Positions 39,174 to 52,459 of a stretch of DNA of 64,000 nucleotides are shown in pieces (position 1 is the stretch's first letter; every line of letters starts with the position of its first letter). The DNA comes from Octopus sinensis (lineage: Eukaryota), in NCBI RefSeq assembly GCF_006345805.1, contig NC_042999.1, forward strand, positions 67,890,001 to 67,954,000. The letters run 5' to 3'. The notes beneath the pieces were generated by a model. It was given only the letters and a program-made list of their open reading frames with translations. It was not told the origin of the DNA and searched no databases. The translations under genes and the position numbers were made by a program.

Positions 39174-39389
39174 CGAGGACGTGCTGAAAAGTTCCTGGCT
39201 TTGGGTAAAAGAAAATACAGGAGGATCAGTTAATTATGATCTTATTCGACATAGTCCTCTCACAGAGTCATGCACTATTACAGTAGCCCTTCAGTTTTTC
39301 TAAGCCCTGTGAAAGAACAAGGAAGGTTGAGCCTCCAACCAGGCCTTTCGTGACTTACTTAAAGCCAGGAACTTTTCAGCGCCCTCTCG
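39174..39389. mobile_element. Tc1/mariner MITE
   Basis: TIRs CGAG..GCTGAAAAGTTCCTGGCTTT and AAAGCCAGGAACTTTTCAGC..CTCG; TA on both sides. Confidence 0.88.
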
Positions 39390-40129
39390 TATTTAAAGAA
39401 TTCTCCAAAAAGGTTAGGAAACGCTTTTGTAAATGTATAAAAATTTACACTTCACTGCAAAGCTGTTCGTTCCTTCTTCATTCATATTCTATGAGTTCTC
39501 TTTGTCCAAACGTTGACTACTTCAATGTTTTCCTGAATGCTAAACTACAAGTCTAGTAACACACCAAGATATCTGAGATTCTGGCAGTATTCCACCATTT
39601 CCCCAAACCATTTCATCCACGTATTCCTCTTGCTGTGAGTAGATGGCTATCTCTCTGGTATGAACGGCCAGGGGGCACCATACGTATGATATATTTAATT
39701 TTGGTTTCACCATCTTATTAATTAATCAATTGATTAATTAATTTATTTATTTTTGATAAATTGTCGAGTAGAAGACACAAGCCTAAGGCACCGGGTAGGT
39801 ACTTTCCTATTATCAACAGCCAATTTTTTTATTTACTAAAGTATTTGTAAATAAACTACACTCGTGAGACGGATGTAATAATTGTTGACCTTCGAAATTT
39901 CAGGAATTGCTATCACTAACTCATCGGGAAAGTACCAGTAAAATTTTACTGGAAATGGACACAGAATTAGGGGGGAAAATGCAAAAAATTAAAATATTTT
40001 GGATATAAAATTATTTTTCACAGTAACTACTGTCACTGATGAAAATTATTTTGCTTTCTCTGAAAGAAACAATCACTCAATTCCTGGCATGTTCCCTTCT
40101 CCACGAGGAAATGAAAGTTATTCCGAAAG

Positions 40130-40861
40130 TCTTGCTTCCCAGCCATATGGTTCTGGGTTCAGTCTCACTGAGTGGTACCTTGAGCAAGTGTCTTCTACTA
40201 TTGCCTCGTGCCGACCAAATCCTTGTGGGTGGATTTGGTAGACGGAAACCGAAAGAAGCCCGTCGTATACATATGTATGTTTATATTTGTGTGTCTGTCT
40301 CTCTCTCCACCTTCGTTTGACAACCGATGTTGATGTGCTTACGTCCCTGTAACCTAGCGGTTCGGCAAAAGAACCGATAAAATAAGTCCTGGGTCGATTT
40401 GTTCGACTAAAGGCGGTGCTCCAGCATGGCCGCAGTCAAATCACTGAAACAAGTAAAAGAAAGTGTATTAGTTTATCCTTTATCTTTTACTTATGTCAGT
40501 CATTAGATTGTGGCCATGCTGGGGCACTACCTTGAAGAATGTTTAGCCGAATGGATCGATCCCAGTACTCATACTTTCTTAAAGCCTGGTACTTATTCTA
40601 TGGATCTACTTTTGCCGAAATGCTAAGTTACGGGGACTTAAATACACCAACACCGGTTCTCAAGCGGCGGTAGGGAACACACACACACACACGTATACGA
40701 CGGGCTTCTTTCAGTTTCCATCTACCGAATCCACTTACAAGGCTTTGGTCAACCCGCGGCTATAGTAGAAGAAATTTGCTCAAGCTGCCACGAAGTGGGA
40801 CTGAACCCGGAACCATGTGGTTGGGAAGCAAACTTCTTACCACACACCCAAGCCTGAGCCT
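40130..40861. mobile_element. Two family A SINEs tail-to-tail (40130-40460 +, 40478-40861 -)
   Basis: Both match family A in opposite orientation. Confidence 0.87.
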
Positions 40862-41199
40862 ATATTTACTTATATTTTAAAGTAGCGGTCCCCAACCTTC
40901 CTAGATCGATCCCCAACCACCACAGATCGGTCTCACGCAAGACAATTCTTCCACGGCTACAACAAAACACAATAAAGTGCTTAGTTAGGCGGGATGGCAT
41001 CATTGGAAAGTTAAAGCAATGCAAGGAACCGCATTGTGACCAGCGGTGTATAACAACTGCCGATAGTCTGATAATACATATATATAACATGTATAATAAA
41101 GCATCCGGCAGGCCGAGATATTCAATAAAAGAGAAACAAAATTTAAAAATTTATTCGTTCTGTGCGGCTCGGACATTTTGGGAACTAGTCGATAACATC

Positions 41200-41532
41200 G
41201 ATCCCAGAATTTGACCTCGACAGAATTTGAACTCAGAACGTAATGACGGACGAAATACCGCTATGTATTTAGCCCGGTGTGGTAACGAATCTGCCAGCTC
41301 GCTGCCTTTGATTAATGGATGATCCTTTCTGTTGTAGGCACAAGGCCTGAAATTGGAGGAGAATAATCGATTATATCGACCCCAGTACTCGTCTGGTATT
41401 TTTTGTATCGACCGCAAAAAGATAAAAGACAAAGTCGACCTCAGCGGAGTTTGAACTCAGAACGTAATGACGGCCGTAATGCCGCTAACCATTTTCCACC
41501 GGCGTGCTAACGATTCTGCCAGCTCGCCGCCT
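41200..41532 (-). mobile_element. Two older family B SINE copies
   Basis: GAATCTGCCAGCTCGC heads at about 41300 and 41525. Confidence 0.8.
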
Positions 41533-41879
41533 TTGTTTGGTGAATAAAGACATCGTTTCGCGTTCGTGATCAAACCCGAAATGATGTCATAATGAAGCGA
41601 ACTTGTTAACAACCTGACTACGCACGCCTGTCTATACACCTTTCCTTTCTTAAGTACTTCAAACTCGATGTTCCAAGATGTTCCAAGTTCTAGAACTGAG
41701 GACAATACACTCAACATGGGTCATGTTGACAGGTTGGGTTTAATTAAAACCAGATTCTGTCGTTATTAATTGTTTAAAAGCACCAAATGTGTAATTGTTT
41801 AATTACGGGCTATTGTTTAATTAGTGAGATAGTTTGTTCTCTTTTTCAAACTGTTGACTTTTGACTTTTCCGGATATCT

Positions 41880-42127
41880 TGTGGCGGCGGTGGGAGTAAT
41901 GGAAGTGGTAGTTGTTAATGGTGAAGGCGATGGTGATTGTTATATCGCTGGTGGGGTATGGGTGGTAGCACTTCTGGTGGTGGTTGTAGTGAAGGTGGTG
42001 GTGATGGTGTTGGTTGTCGTGGCGGTAGTGTGGGGGTTGTTCTTGTTGTTGACGGTAGTGTTGCTGCTGCTGATGATGATGATGACTGCAGTAGTAGTGG
42101 TGGTGTTTGATGTAGTTATGGTGGTGT

Positions 42128-42183
<56 letters not shown>

Positions 42184-42193
42184 ACAGCAGCAA

Positions 42194-42227
<34 letters not shown>

Positions 42228-42385
42228 GGTGGTGGTAGTAATAGTAGTAGTAGTAGTAACAGCAGCAATAATAGTGGTGGTGGTGGTGGTGGTAGTTGTA
42301 GTAGTGGTGGTGGTGATGCTGGTGATGGTGGTAGTGGTGGTGGTGGCGGCGGTGTTAGTAGTAGTAGTTGTTGTTGTAGTCAACG
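41880..42385. repeat. (GTA)n/(GTG)n trinucleotide tract
   Basis: Direct repeats; source of poly-V and poly-T ORFs. Confidence 0.95.
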
Positions 42386-42539
42386 TCGTATTCAAAACAT
42401 AAAATGTTTAAATTCTCTGGAATCACTATAAACAGACATCAATATGAAAACATTGAGAAGCTCACTCACCTCAAAACACAGTTACGGTAACGTTAAGATT
42501 CCTATGAAAAGAAGCACTAACAGAAATCCATTTTTCCTG

Positions 42540-43400
42540 AAATTACACACCTCTGAAAATTTATACACTTCCCACATGATTACACACCTTGCATAGTCAC
42601 ACAGCTTTCACAATAACACATATTCCACAATTACTTTTACCGCAACTTACGTATACAGTGATCCCTCGCCATATCGCGGTTCACCTATCGCGCACTCAGT
42701 ACATCGCGGATTTTTCTGGCTAATATATGTAAATTTACATCACAGACTCCTCAGTATATCCAGGTTTCTGCGGCCGAGGAGTATTTATATTTTTTGAGAT
42801 TTTAATTATTTCTATGGGAGATTTTGGAACGTAACACCTACGATATTTGAGGGATTACTATATTTCATAATCTTACATTTTCCACACTTACGCGTGTTCC
42901 ACACTCGCGCAATTTCCGCTGTCACATATCTTCCACAACCATACATTTTTCACACTAATACGTCTTTCACACGTCTGCTTTTGCACAATTTCCGATCACT
43001 TACAGGTCTTCCACACTGAAGTGTGTTCCACACTCAAGCAACTTCTACTATCGAATAACTTCCACATTCATACATCTTGCACACGTACGTATCTTCCATT
43101 CACACGCTTTTCCACACTTACGTGTCTTCCACACTTACGTGTCTTCCACACTTACGTGTCTTCCACACTTACGTGTCTTCCACACTTACGCGTCTTCTGC
43201 TATCAAACATCACCTGCAATCATATATCTTCCACATTTATACATCTTTCATTTTCACACGACACCCACATCTACGCATTTTTCACAATTACACATCTACA
43301 ACAACCACGTACCTTCCTCGGATACATATCTCCCATAATTACACACTTTCCCTAATCCTGCATCTCCCACAATAACACCACTTCAACACACATCTACATT
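42540..43400. repeat. Degenerate 17-bp minisatellite TTCCACACTTACGTGTC, homogeneous core at 43110-43195
   Basis: Five near-perfect units surrounded by decayed TTCCACA units. Confidence 0.82.
42656..42860. mobile_element. Tigger/pogo-like MITE
   Basis: TA-CAGTGATCCCTCGCCATATCG and CGATATTTGAGGGATTACTA-TA imperfect TIRs. Confidence 0.75.
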
Positions 43401-43668
43401 TAAACATCCACAATGGCACAGCTTTCTCAGTGACATACCTACCCTGATATGATAGATGGCACTATAACTTTGTGTTATTTCATATACATTTGCTAACTCC
43501 AATTTACGAACACACAATGCACAAACACCGCATCCTAGAAACAGCTGTAAAGGACTTACTGGATTATCCTTTCTCTTATCTGTGATGCAAGAACACAAAT
43601 TCTCCGGATGTCTATTTATCTACGAAGAACTACTATGAAGACTTGCATGGATTCTTCCCATTGTTATC

Positions 43669-44120
43669 TGTGACATTAGAGCATGAACTCTCTGGATATC
43701 TTTCTATGTACGAGGAACAATTATGGACTTCCATTTTTGTGTTTGTTTTTTGCTGTCTTTCTCCTGAAAGGCATTGTGTTCTCCTGTCTGAAAATTAGAA
43801 TAACCATCCAACATTTCCATATCATTAGAGAATGCATCACCTCCGGGCTGTAGACTAAATTCGTTCAGACAGACTCAGAGAAGACCTTTCAGAACTTGCA
43901 AATCTTGGAGCGAGATGGGAAGTTACCAAATCACGGAAAAGATAACGAACAGCGACGGAAGAACTTTGAGTAACAAACAACTGATTGCTTGTTTAACCAG
44001 CACATTAAACAAACGATCGATTAGTTAGTTGGTTAGATATTTAACCAATTGACTAACAATAAAGAAGTGTGACTGAATCTATGCGTGTGTTATTATTATC
44101 ATAATGACTCTCTTGTCACA
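43669..44120 (+). mobile_element. Candidate solo LTR
   Basis: Inverted termini TGTGACA(TT)AGAG and CTCT(CT)TGTCACA; AATAAA at about 44058; no clear TSD. Confidence 0.45.
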
Positions 44121-44160
44121 ATAAAATATATTTATTTACACATCTGTATAGCTATTTTAT

Positions 44161-44465
44161 GTGGAGGCACATGGCCTAGTGGTTAGAGCAGCGGACTCGC
44201 GGTCAAGGGAATGCGGGTTCGAATCTCAGACCGAGCGTTGTGTGTGTTTATGAGCGAAACACCTAAGCTCCACGCGGCTCCGGCAGAAGGTGATGGCGAA
44301 CTCCTGCTGACTCTTTCGCCACAACATTCTTTCACTCTTTCCTCCTGCATCTTACTGCACACCAGCGACGGACCGGCGTCCCGTTCATGTGGGGATCCTA
44401 TACGCCAAGGAAACCGGAAAACCGGCCCTGTGAGCCAGGCGTGGCTCGTGAAGGAACAAACAACA
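44161..44465 (+). mobile_element. SINE family C, tail type 3
   Basis: TSD ATAGCTATTTTAT at 44148-44160 and 44466-44478. Confidence 0.92.
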
Positions 44466-44683
44466 ATAGCTATTTTATAACTGTTTAACAACCATCTGTC
44501 TATCTTCTGTTTTAACTTTATTTTCATTACCCTGACTGCTGCATTTCCAATAGCCAGTTGTTTAACTTGAACACGTCTCCTATCGTTTGATATTGGATTT
44601 CAGGTATTTGGTGATGTCTGACCACGAGTCTGTCTGTTTTACGCCTTTTGACGTGCTCTTACCCATTGCTCTGCGGCAAGGCG

Positions 44684-45095
44684 TTTGCTTCTCAACCACA
44701 TGGCTTCGGATTTAGTCAGGTGTCTTCTGTTTTAGCCCCAACCAGCCAAAGCCTTGTTAGTGGATTTGGTAGACAGAAACTGAAAGAAGCCCGTCGCATG
44801 TGTGTGTGAGACAGAGAGAGAGAGAGAGAAAAAGAGAACGAGAGAGAGAATATGTGTATGGGTGTGTGTTTGTGTCTGTCCTCACACCACCGCTTGACAA
44901 CCGGTGTTGATTTGTTTACGTTCCCACAGCTTAGTGGTTCATCAAAACAGAATCAAAAGAGACCGATAAAATAATTACAGATTTGCAAATACGTAGTGGG
45001 GTAGATTTGCTCGACTAAAACCTTTTACTAAAACCCTTCGAGGCGGCGCCCCAGCATGGCTGCAGTCCAATGAGTGAAACAAGTAAAAGAGCAAA
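44684..45095 (+). mobile_element. SINE family A, diverged
   Basis: Matches family A with a (GA)n centre. Confidence 0.82.
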
Positions 45096-45404
45096 ACAAG
45101 ATAAACGAATTACAAATTGTGCGAGCTAATTGCAAATAAATTGATATACCACTTCAAAGAACGTTTGTTAAAGATTATATTATTGGTGTTGCACGAATTT
45201 TAGCAAAAATGATGTCTGACAGTGAACATGAACAATTATAGCTCAGAAGACACATCCTGGCCATTGTAAAAAAACACACAAAAACTGTTAGCTTAGGTAA
45301 TTATTGTTTGATGTCAAAATCTTCGTCGCACCAGCTGCTGCCTGGTCACTGACGTGAATTCACTATAGCTCAATCGCGTCATTGACCAGATAGCAGTTAT
45401 TGCG

Positions 45405-46459
45405 AAGGTGGTTGTGCGGTAAGAAGCTTGCTTCCCAGCTACATGGTTCCGGATTCAGTCCCACTGCGTGGAACTTTGGGCAAGTGTCTTCTACTATAGC
45501 CTCGGGCTAACCAAAGCCTTGTGAGTGGATTTGGTGGACGGAAACTGAAAGAAGCCAGTCGTATCTACTACATATGTGGAAAATCGGTGTGTGTTTGTTT
45601 GAGGCGTTGTTAGCTAACCCCTCCTACATCGTTTTATTGATTTTGATGAAACTTGACACTTGAGTAGAACTCATGTTTGGAAACCTCGTGACATACTTAG
45701 ATTGAAAAAAATCGATAATACGGCCCCAGGAAGGGACGTTTATATATCCATTATATAACTATGTTTTAATAAACACCCAAGGGAAATAACCCATTTCATT
45801 GTTTTCATACATATATATTACATTCATATATTACCTTTAATAAATTAGCCTTCATAATGTTCACCTTTAAAACATACAAGTCAATTGATACTATGCTCCA
45901 CACCAATGATGCTGTACATTACCCCGTTGAATTCCTCAGTAGCCTTGCACCTTCAGGTCTACTTAAAGTTTGGAGCCCCAGTTATGCTTTTAAGAAGCCT
46001 CGATCCTCCAAAGTTATGCAATGGCACAAGACTTATTAAAACATTGATGCACACTTTGGTGGAAGCAACAATACTGACTGGGAAAGCAAGTGATGAAGAT
46101 GTTTTCATTCAAAAGATTCCTCTGATTCCTTCCGACACACTAATTGATTTTAAAAGGCTACAATTCCCACTGAGATTAAGCTTTGCAATGAGCATCAACA
46201 AAGCACAGAGTCAGACATTGGAAGAACCTCTGACAATCTTTTTTCACCAACCTCCGACAATCTTTTTCACCAACCTCCGTAAACCTCTCTCGCCAACCTC
46301 CAACAATCTCTCCCTCCTCCAGATGACAGTTTCTGTACGTTTGCATGACGGAAAATGCACCTTTTGTGGCAATTATAACGAAATTGCTTTCTTATATCAG
46401 AGTAATAAGGCGTTTCAATAGAACATCTTTACCCCCGGGAATTACCGGGTTCACCAGTA

Positions 46460-46541
<82 letters not shown>

Positions 46542-46542
46542 G

Positions 46543-46586
<44 letters not shown>

Positions 46587-46638
46587 ATATTATATATATA
46601 TATATAATATATATATATATAATATATATATATATATG

Positions 46639-46695
<57 letters not shown>

Positions 46696-46950
46696 ATGTA
46701 TGTAGATATATATGTATGTATGTATGTGTTTTTGTGTCTGTGTTTGTCTTCACATCACCGCTTGACAACCAGTGTTGGTGTGTTTACGTCCCACGTAATC
46801 TAGCGGTTCGGCAAAGGGGCCGATAAAATAAGTACTAGGCTTTAAAAAAATAAGTCCTGGAGTCAATTCGTTTGACTAGAACCCTCCAAGGCGGTGCTCC
46901 AGCATGGCCGCAGTAAAATGACTGAAACAAGTAAAAGAATAAAAGAATAA
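45405..46950 (+). mobile_element. SINE family A split by a Helitron (head 45405-45563, tail 46727-46950)
   Basis: The two halves are colinear with family A. Confidence 0.85.
45564..46460 (+). mobile_element. Internally deleted Helitron with PIF1 helicase remnant (about 45860-46220)
   Basis: A^TC start; LLRSLDPPKLCNGTRL, FKRLQFPLRLSFAMSINKAQ; 3' hairpin CCGGGAATTACCGGG then GTAG^T (decayed CTAG). Confidence 0.85.
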
Positions 46951-46966
46951 AAAAATAGTAAATAAA

Positions 46967-47359
46967 TTCTTTTATTCTTTTATTTGTTTCAGTCATTTGA
47001 CTGCGGCCATCCTGAGCACCGCCTTTAGTCGAACAAATCGACCCCATGATTTATTCTTTGTCAGCCTAGTACTTATTCTATCGGTCTCTTTTGCCGAGGG
47101 ACATAAACACACCGACGTCGGTTGTGAAGCAATGGTGGGGGGAGGGAACAAACGTAGACACACAGACGTAAACACGCTATATATAAATATATATACGACG
47201 GGCTTCTTTCAGTTTCCGTCTACCAAATCCACTCACAAGGCTTTGGTCGGCCCGAGGCAACAGTAGAAGATACTTGACCAAGGTGCCACGCAGTGGAACT
47301 GAACCCGAAACCATGTGGTTGGTAAGCAAGCCACTTACCACACAGCCACTCCTGCGCCT
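46967..47359 (-). mobile_element. SINE family A, full length
   Basis: Complete reverse-complement copy. Confidence 0.9.
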
Positions 47360-47899
47360 AAATGAAGCTAATAGATTTTACTTTTGTTTTCGAATGGTTA
47401 ATCTGCGTTTTCCTCGCTCGTAATTATTTTTGTTTCAACACTCGTTCTCAGATCTAATCACTTCCCAGGCAAGTACCCCTCTGAGAATATAAAATCGTTA
47501 GAGAACATTATTTATTATAGAAGGAAGACAACTTCTTCTAACCATATTAAAGACGGCTTGACTGACGTTCTTTCAATTATCGTTGGAACAAAACAACATA
47601 AAAATCTATGTTTTACTCGAAAGCTGTAGGTGAAACAACAGAATTGTAAATATGATAGAGTTATATTTAATACATGGGATGACGTCTGGCTTTATAATTT
47701 GAAATGACTGACATTCTAAAATCGATGTATGTTGAACTATCACTGGTGAATTCGGTAACGGGTCATTTTGATAGTAACCATATTTTTTATGCGGCAAGCA
47801 TGAAAATCTTAGCGGTGAAAACATTATCTATAGTGATCACGTGATTGAACAGAGTATCGGATGTTGTTATACATCGCTGGTCACAATGTGCTTTGCAGT

Positions 47900-48124
47900 G
47901 TTTTAGCATTCGAACGACGCCACCACAGTGGCCCGGCGACAGACCAACATCTCCTCTGATCGGAAGGCTAGTCCGTCGCAGGGTTACTCATTACGGCTGA
48001 GTGGACTGGAGCAACGTGAGATGAAGTGCTTTTCTCAAGAGCATAATGCTTCAGTCCTGAATTCGAACCCACGATCTAGCGATCGTGAGAGTAACACCCT
48101 GACCACTAGGACACGCGCCTTCAC
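47900..48124 (-). mobile_element. tRNA-headed SINE related to 19605 and 57613 copies
   Basis: Minus strand GTGAAGGCGCGTGTCCTAGTGGTCAGGGTG..GGGTTCGAATTC. Confidence 0.7.
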
Positions 48125-48127
48125 TAC

Positions 48128-48524
48128 TATTTGTCCTACGAAGAAAGGCTGAGGACGCTCGACCTTTATTCTCTTGAAAAACGCCGCCGCCGTGGTGATC
48201 TCATTCTCGCCCACAACATCATAAGCGGGAAGTGTAACCTCTCGAAAGAGCTGTTCTTCACTCCTGCTCCGGAGCGTCGGCTGCGGGGTCATTCCGAAAA
48301 GCTCTACCTGCGACGATTTCATCTCAATCGAAGGAGAGGAGCTTTCTCCGTCCGGGTTGCGGATCCGTGGAACAAGCTGCCAGACGAGATGGTGAAGATG
48401 CCGACGACCGCTTTGTTCAAAGCCTCCCTGGACCTCAAGTGGCCTGAACTCTTTACATGAACACCACCCTGTACTTAACTCCATGTCCCCCTACATGGCC
48501 TTGCTATTTGCTTTTGAGTCAAAT

Positions 48525-48570
<46 letters not shown>

Positions 48571-48571
48571 C
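48128..48571 (+). pseudogene. 3' fragment of a second CR1-group LINE with (TAAC)n tail
   Basis: SYEERLRTLDLYSLEKRRRRGDLI..LRGH..FSVRVADPWNKLP. Confidence 0.92.
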
Positions 48572-49496
48572 TATCCATAGAAGCATCTTACAAATGACTC
48601 ATTGGTTTAAGAATGAATTAATAAACCGTCAACTAGATTCTAATACGTTAACGGCAAATCACTGTCATAGTCTCCAACAAGCTTTGTATTTCACAGCTTC
48701 TGAAAATGAACAATACGGTTTAAGTAACGACAATATCTATTAACTTCATTAAAAAATAATGGTCTAATCAATAAATTTCAGATAATTTTGAAAATTCTCA
48801 AAGTGGAAATCAGTATCAATTGTACTTATGTGAACTCCTCTGATTAAGCAAAGAGTGGATGCCATTCAGGCACCTGTTTATGCTGAATGATGAGGTGAAA
48901 TATTTCATCGAATGTTAAAGAATTAATGACATTCTTCTTATATAGAATTTTATATAGAATTAGAGGGCCAAAACTGATTTGACATTATTGATCGACAATA
49001 CTAACCGTATGAACGAGTAAATTCTGAATGTACAAGAGCCAAATCAGCTTAATACTACACTCGTATGCTTGCCAATATCAATGCCGCATTAATTCCTATC
49101 TCAACAGAAACACACAGAATGGTGAGACATACTTTATACAAGTGTGCTCCCCACGAGTTTTTTCTTCATAACTTTCAGAAAAATGAATATTTCACAAGGA
49201 AATTTACTACAAATACACTTTAGATGGTGTAGATTACGACTGTATCGGAATTTATGAACAAAAATCTTTTCGGGGGGATATAGAGAGAAGTTTCAGAAAA
49301 TTTATAGAAGTCGGCTTTGTTCCCTCATAACGTTCAGCAAAATGGGTAAGTTTTAACGAAATTTTCTCGCAGGGTTAGCTGTGTGATAAGAAGTTTGCTT
49401 CCCAACCACTTCGGGCACACTTCTATTATAGCTTCGAGCCGTCCGAAGCCTTGTGAGCTGATTTGGTAGACGGAAACTGAAAGAAACTCGTCGTGT

Positions 49497-50496
49497 ATAT
49501 ATATATAACTGTAGTTGTGTGAGTGTCTGTCCCCTTCGATTTAGATTCCTAACTACTCCCACATTTTGCGGTGCAGTTTAACCAAATTCGGGTATCTTAT
49601 AGTCGTGATTCATATCGAGCCCGTCTAGGTATTAGCGCGCGTCTACGATGAGTCTACGATTTTAAAAATAATTTAACATCATTTTTTATTCCATTTTAAT
49701 GCATATTTTTTCGTGTGTCGATGGCGGCGGAGTTGGCGTCCACGCTCACACCTGCACCTGCTTCTCCCCCTTCTTCCCTCCCTCGTGAAGCTGTGGGGAA
49801 GGGAGTATAAGGAAACCAACGTCGTAATGCGTTGTCAAGGAGACCAGCGTTCTTTTAGAACAACGACTTCATAGCTTGAAGTCGCCAAAACAGAAATCGC
49901 TAAAAAGCTGAAACAGATCCACAAAAATGGCAATTACCGCCACACAGGGCAGGTTTCCTGTGCAAACAATTTGCACAACCGAATGTTTTAGTTGTTGCAC
50001 AAATTTTTATATATAAAAGTAAGGTTGTGTGTCTGTCTCCTACGATTTAGATTCCTAACTACTCCCACATTTTGCGGTGCAGTGTAACCAAATTCGGGTA
50101 TCTTATAGTCGTGATTCAGATCGAGCCCTTCTGGGTATTAGCGCGCGTCTACGATGTGTCTACGATTTAAAAAAATTTACCATCAATTTTTATTCCATTT
50201 TAATGCATTTTTCGCTATTATATAAGGGAAATAACTCTCTAAAAATGTCTACGATGAGTCAACGATTAAAAAAAATTACCATCATTTTTTATTCCATTTT
50301 AATGCATTTTTCGCTATTATATAAGGGAAGTAACTCTCTAAAAATGTCTACGATGAGTCAACGATTAAAAAAAAATTACTATCATTTTTTATTCCATTTT
50401 AATGCATTTTTTGCTATTTTTTTGCTATAACTCACTAAAAATGCTTATATAGTTATTTCCCTTACAAACCCGAGCAACGCCGGGCGATACTGCTAG
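49497..50496 (+). mobile_element. Composite non-autonomous Helitron: two 5'-type segments (about 49497 and 50005), one 3' end, internal 99-100-bp tandem repeat at 50148-50415
   Basis: Duplicated GATTTAGATTCCTAACTACTCCC block; CCCGAGCAACGCCGGG plus CTAG at 50493-50496. Confidence 0.87.
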
Positions 50497-50558
<62 letters not shown>

Positions 50559-50574
50559 GTATATATATGTATAT

Positions 50575-50805
50575 AACAAAATACAGCAGGCACAAACAAC
50601 ATGCATAGGAGATCTAACTATATCTAGCGGGACATACCCTTCTTTATGCAAGTACCTGATGTGACACAAACTGCACAGATTGATGCAACACGATTAGATG
50701 CACAAGATCTTACGCATAAAGGACAGATGCAGGGTGGGTCGAAACGATCGTCGTGATGAATAAAGACTAGTGCTAAATCTATCTTCCGTTTCCTTCATCA
50801 ATTTT
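50575..50805 (+). mobile_element. (TA)n-flanked element with degenerate hammerhead (50654-50758) followed by AATAAA
   Basis: CUGAUGU 50656, stem II GAC...GUC (78 nt), GAAA 50741, stem III AC-GAUC-GU, GUC triplet; stem I weak. Confidence 0.55.
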
Positions 50806-50819
50806 ATATATATATATAT

Positions 50820-51262
50820 CGAGTTGCGCATGAGAAAGTAAGGGGGGATGTCAGGCTGTTGCACTTACAGACGATAAAGGTCTTCCTGTGACGCTGACAT
50901 GCACTGTCTGTGCAAGACCCTGCCTCGGTAAAGCTGGACTCAAGAGTCATCTTCGTAGTCATAAAGTGAGACCGATGATTGACAACCAGGCCGCTGGTTG
51001 TGGTGCTATACACCATACTAATCATATCTGTCAGGCATTTGGAAGGGTGCGTGATTCAGCGGGAGGACTTAAATGACATGCAAAGGTACATGAAGCCCAA
51101 TTACAACTACAGCCGGCTATTGCCAATAAAGGTTTTAGCTGCCAATTCTGTACAAGACATTGTAGATCTTTAGCTAGGCTACAAAGTCACATTCAATCAC
51201 AACACCAATAGCAGTTAAGCCTCGTGCAATGACCATACTCGATAACGAGGGGGCAGCCGTCA
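50820..51262 (+). pseudogene. 3' end of a LINE (RTE-like) with three decayed C2H2 zinc fingers
   Basis: CTVCARPCLGKAGLKSHLRSH, HICQAFGRVRDSAGGLK*HAKVH, FSCQFCTRHCRSLARLQSHIQSQH; internal stops; microsatellite tail. Confidence 0.68.
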
Positions 51263-51630
51263 TACACACACGCACACACACGCACGCACACACACGCATA
51301 CACACACACATACACACATATATATATATATATATACACACATGATATATATATATATATATATGCACACTCACACTCACATATACATATATGTATGTAT
51401 GTCATTGTTCAGTTCTATTTCAAGATTTCTTGTCAACAGAGAAAGGGCCGGTTTCTAACCTAAATCCAAGGTTCCTTCATTGGAATTTCAACATCAAGAA
51501 CAGCTATTTTTGTATGTATGTATGTATGTATGTATGTATGTATGTATGTATGTATGTATGTAGAGATTTGTAAGTTTTATGCATGTATGCTCATGCATAT
51601 AGTTACATACCTAGACATGCTTATATATAT

Positions 51631-51797
51631 TTAAATAATAAACCTCTGGAAAGTTTTACAGATTTTTAAAATTCCAATGATAGATTGGATCTGTAGTCTT
51701 CGAATTAGCTTTCTCCTTTCTGGTTTTGAGAAGCCTAATTTCTCAAGTTTGGTATTTAGGCAGTGTGTTACATATCCCAGGACCCCAATAATTACAG
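51631..51797 (-). pseudogene. R4/Dong-like RLE C-terminal fragment
   Basis: IPVIIGVLG..LEKLGF..LQIQSIIG..KICKTF. Confidence 0.65.
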
Positions 51798-52459
51798 GTA
51801 TGTATGTATGTATGTATGTATGTATGTATGTATGTATGTATGTGTGTATGTATGTATGTGTTTGTTTCCCACCACTGCTTGACAATCGGTGTTGGTGTGT
51901 TTACAGCCACTAACTTAGCGGCTCAACAAAAGAGACTAATGCAATAAACACCGGGTTTTAAATAAATAAGTCGATTCGTTCGACTACAATTCTTCAAAGC
52001 GATGCCCCAGCATGACCGCAGACTAATGACCGAAACGAAGTAAAAGATAAAAAATAAAATGCCTTTCAGATTGTAAAGAATACGATTATACCACAATTCA
52101 ATGTTAAAAAGAAAAGAAAAGAAAAGAAAAGATAAAAAATTGGTAAGCGGCTACATACTGACACACATGACATGTCCTACTCTGAATGAACAAAAACAAG
52201 AATTGAAAGTGAAAAACGCTGCAGAGTCTTTCAGTTTTTTAAAAAATTAATTTCAAAAGACGTTTCGCGATTAACCAGTCAGGAACTCGTTTTGATCGGA
52301 ATCGAAGTCGCTTTGGTAGGATACCAGTTTAGTAACATCATTTCTCACGAATCTAGTTATTCCATTTATACAATCAGATAACACCTCAATATCCAAATTG
52401 AACAGTTTGTCTATTTTAAATTTTTATAAATCCTATTTAGATTTCGATTTCACATTTTG

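Noticed and set aside
40883-40935. hAT/Charlie-like terminus AGCGGTCCCCAACC
   Set aside because: No matching second TIR or 8-bp TSD found
41854-42402. Poly-Val and poly-Thr (mucin-like) ORFs
   Set aside because: Translation of (GTA/GTG)n repeats with no domain or splice support
43110-43195. CRISPR-like array
   Set aside because: Contiguous tandem units without spacers in a eukaryotic context
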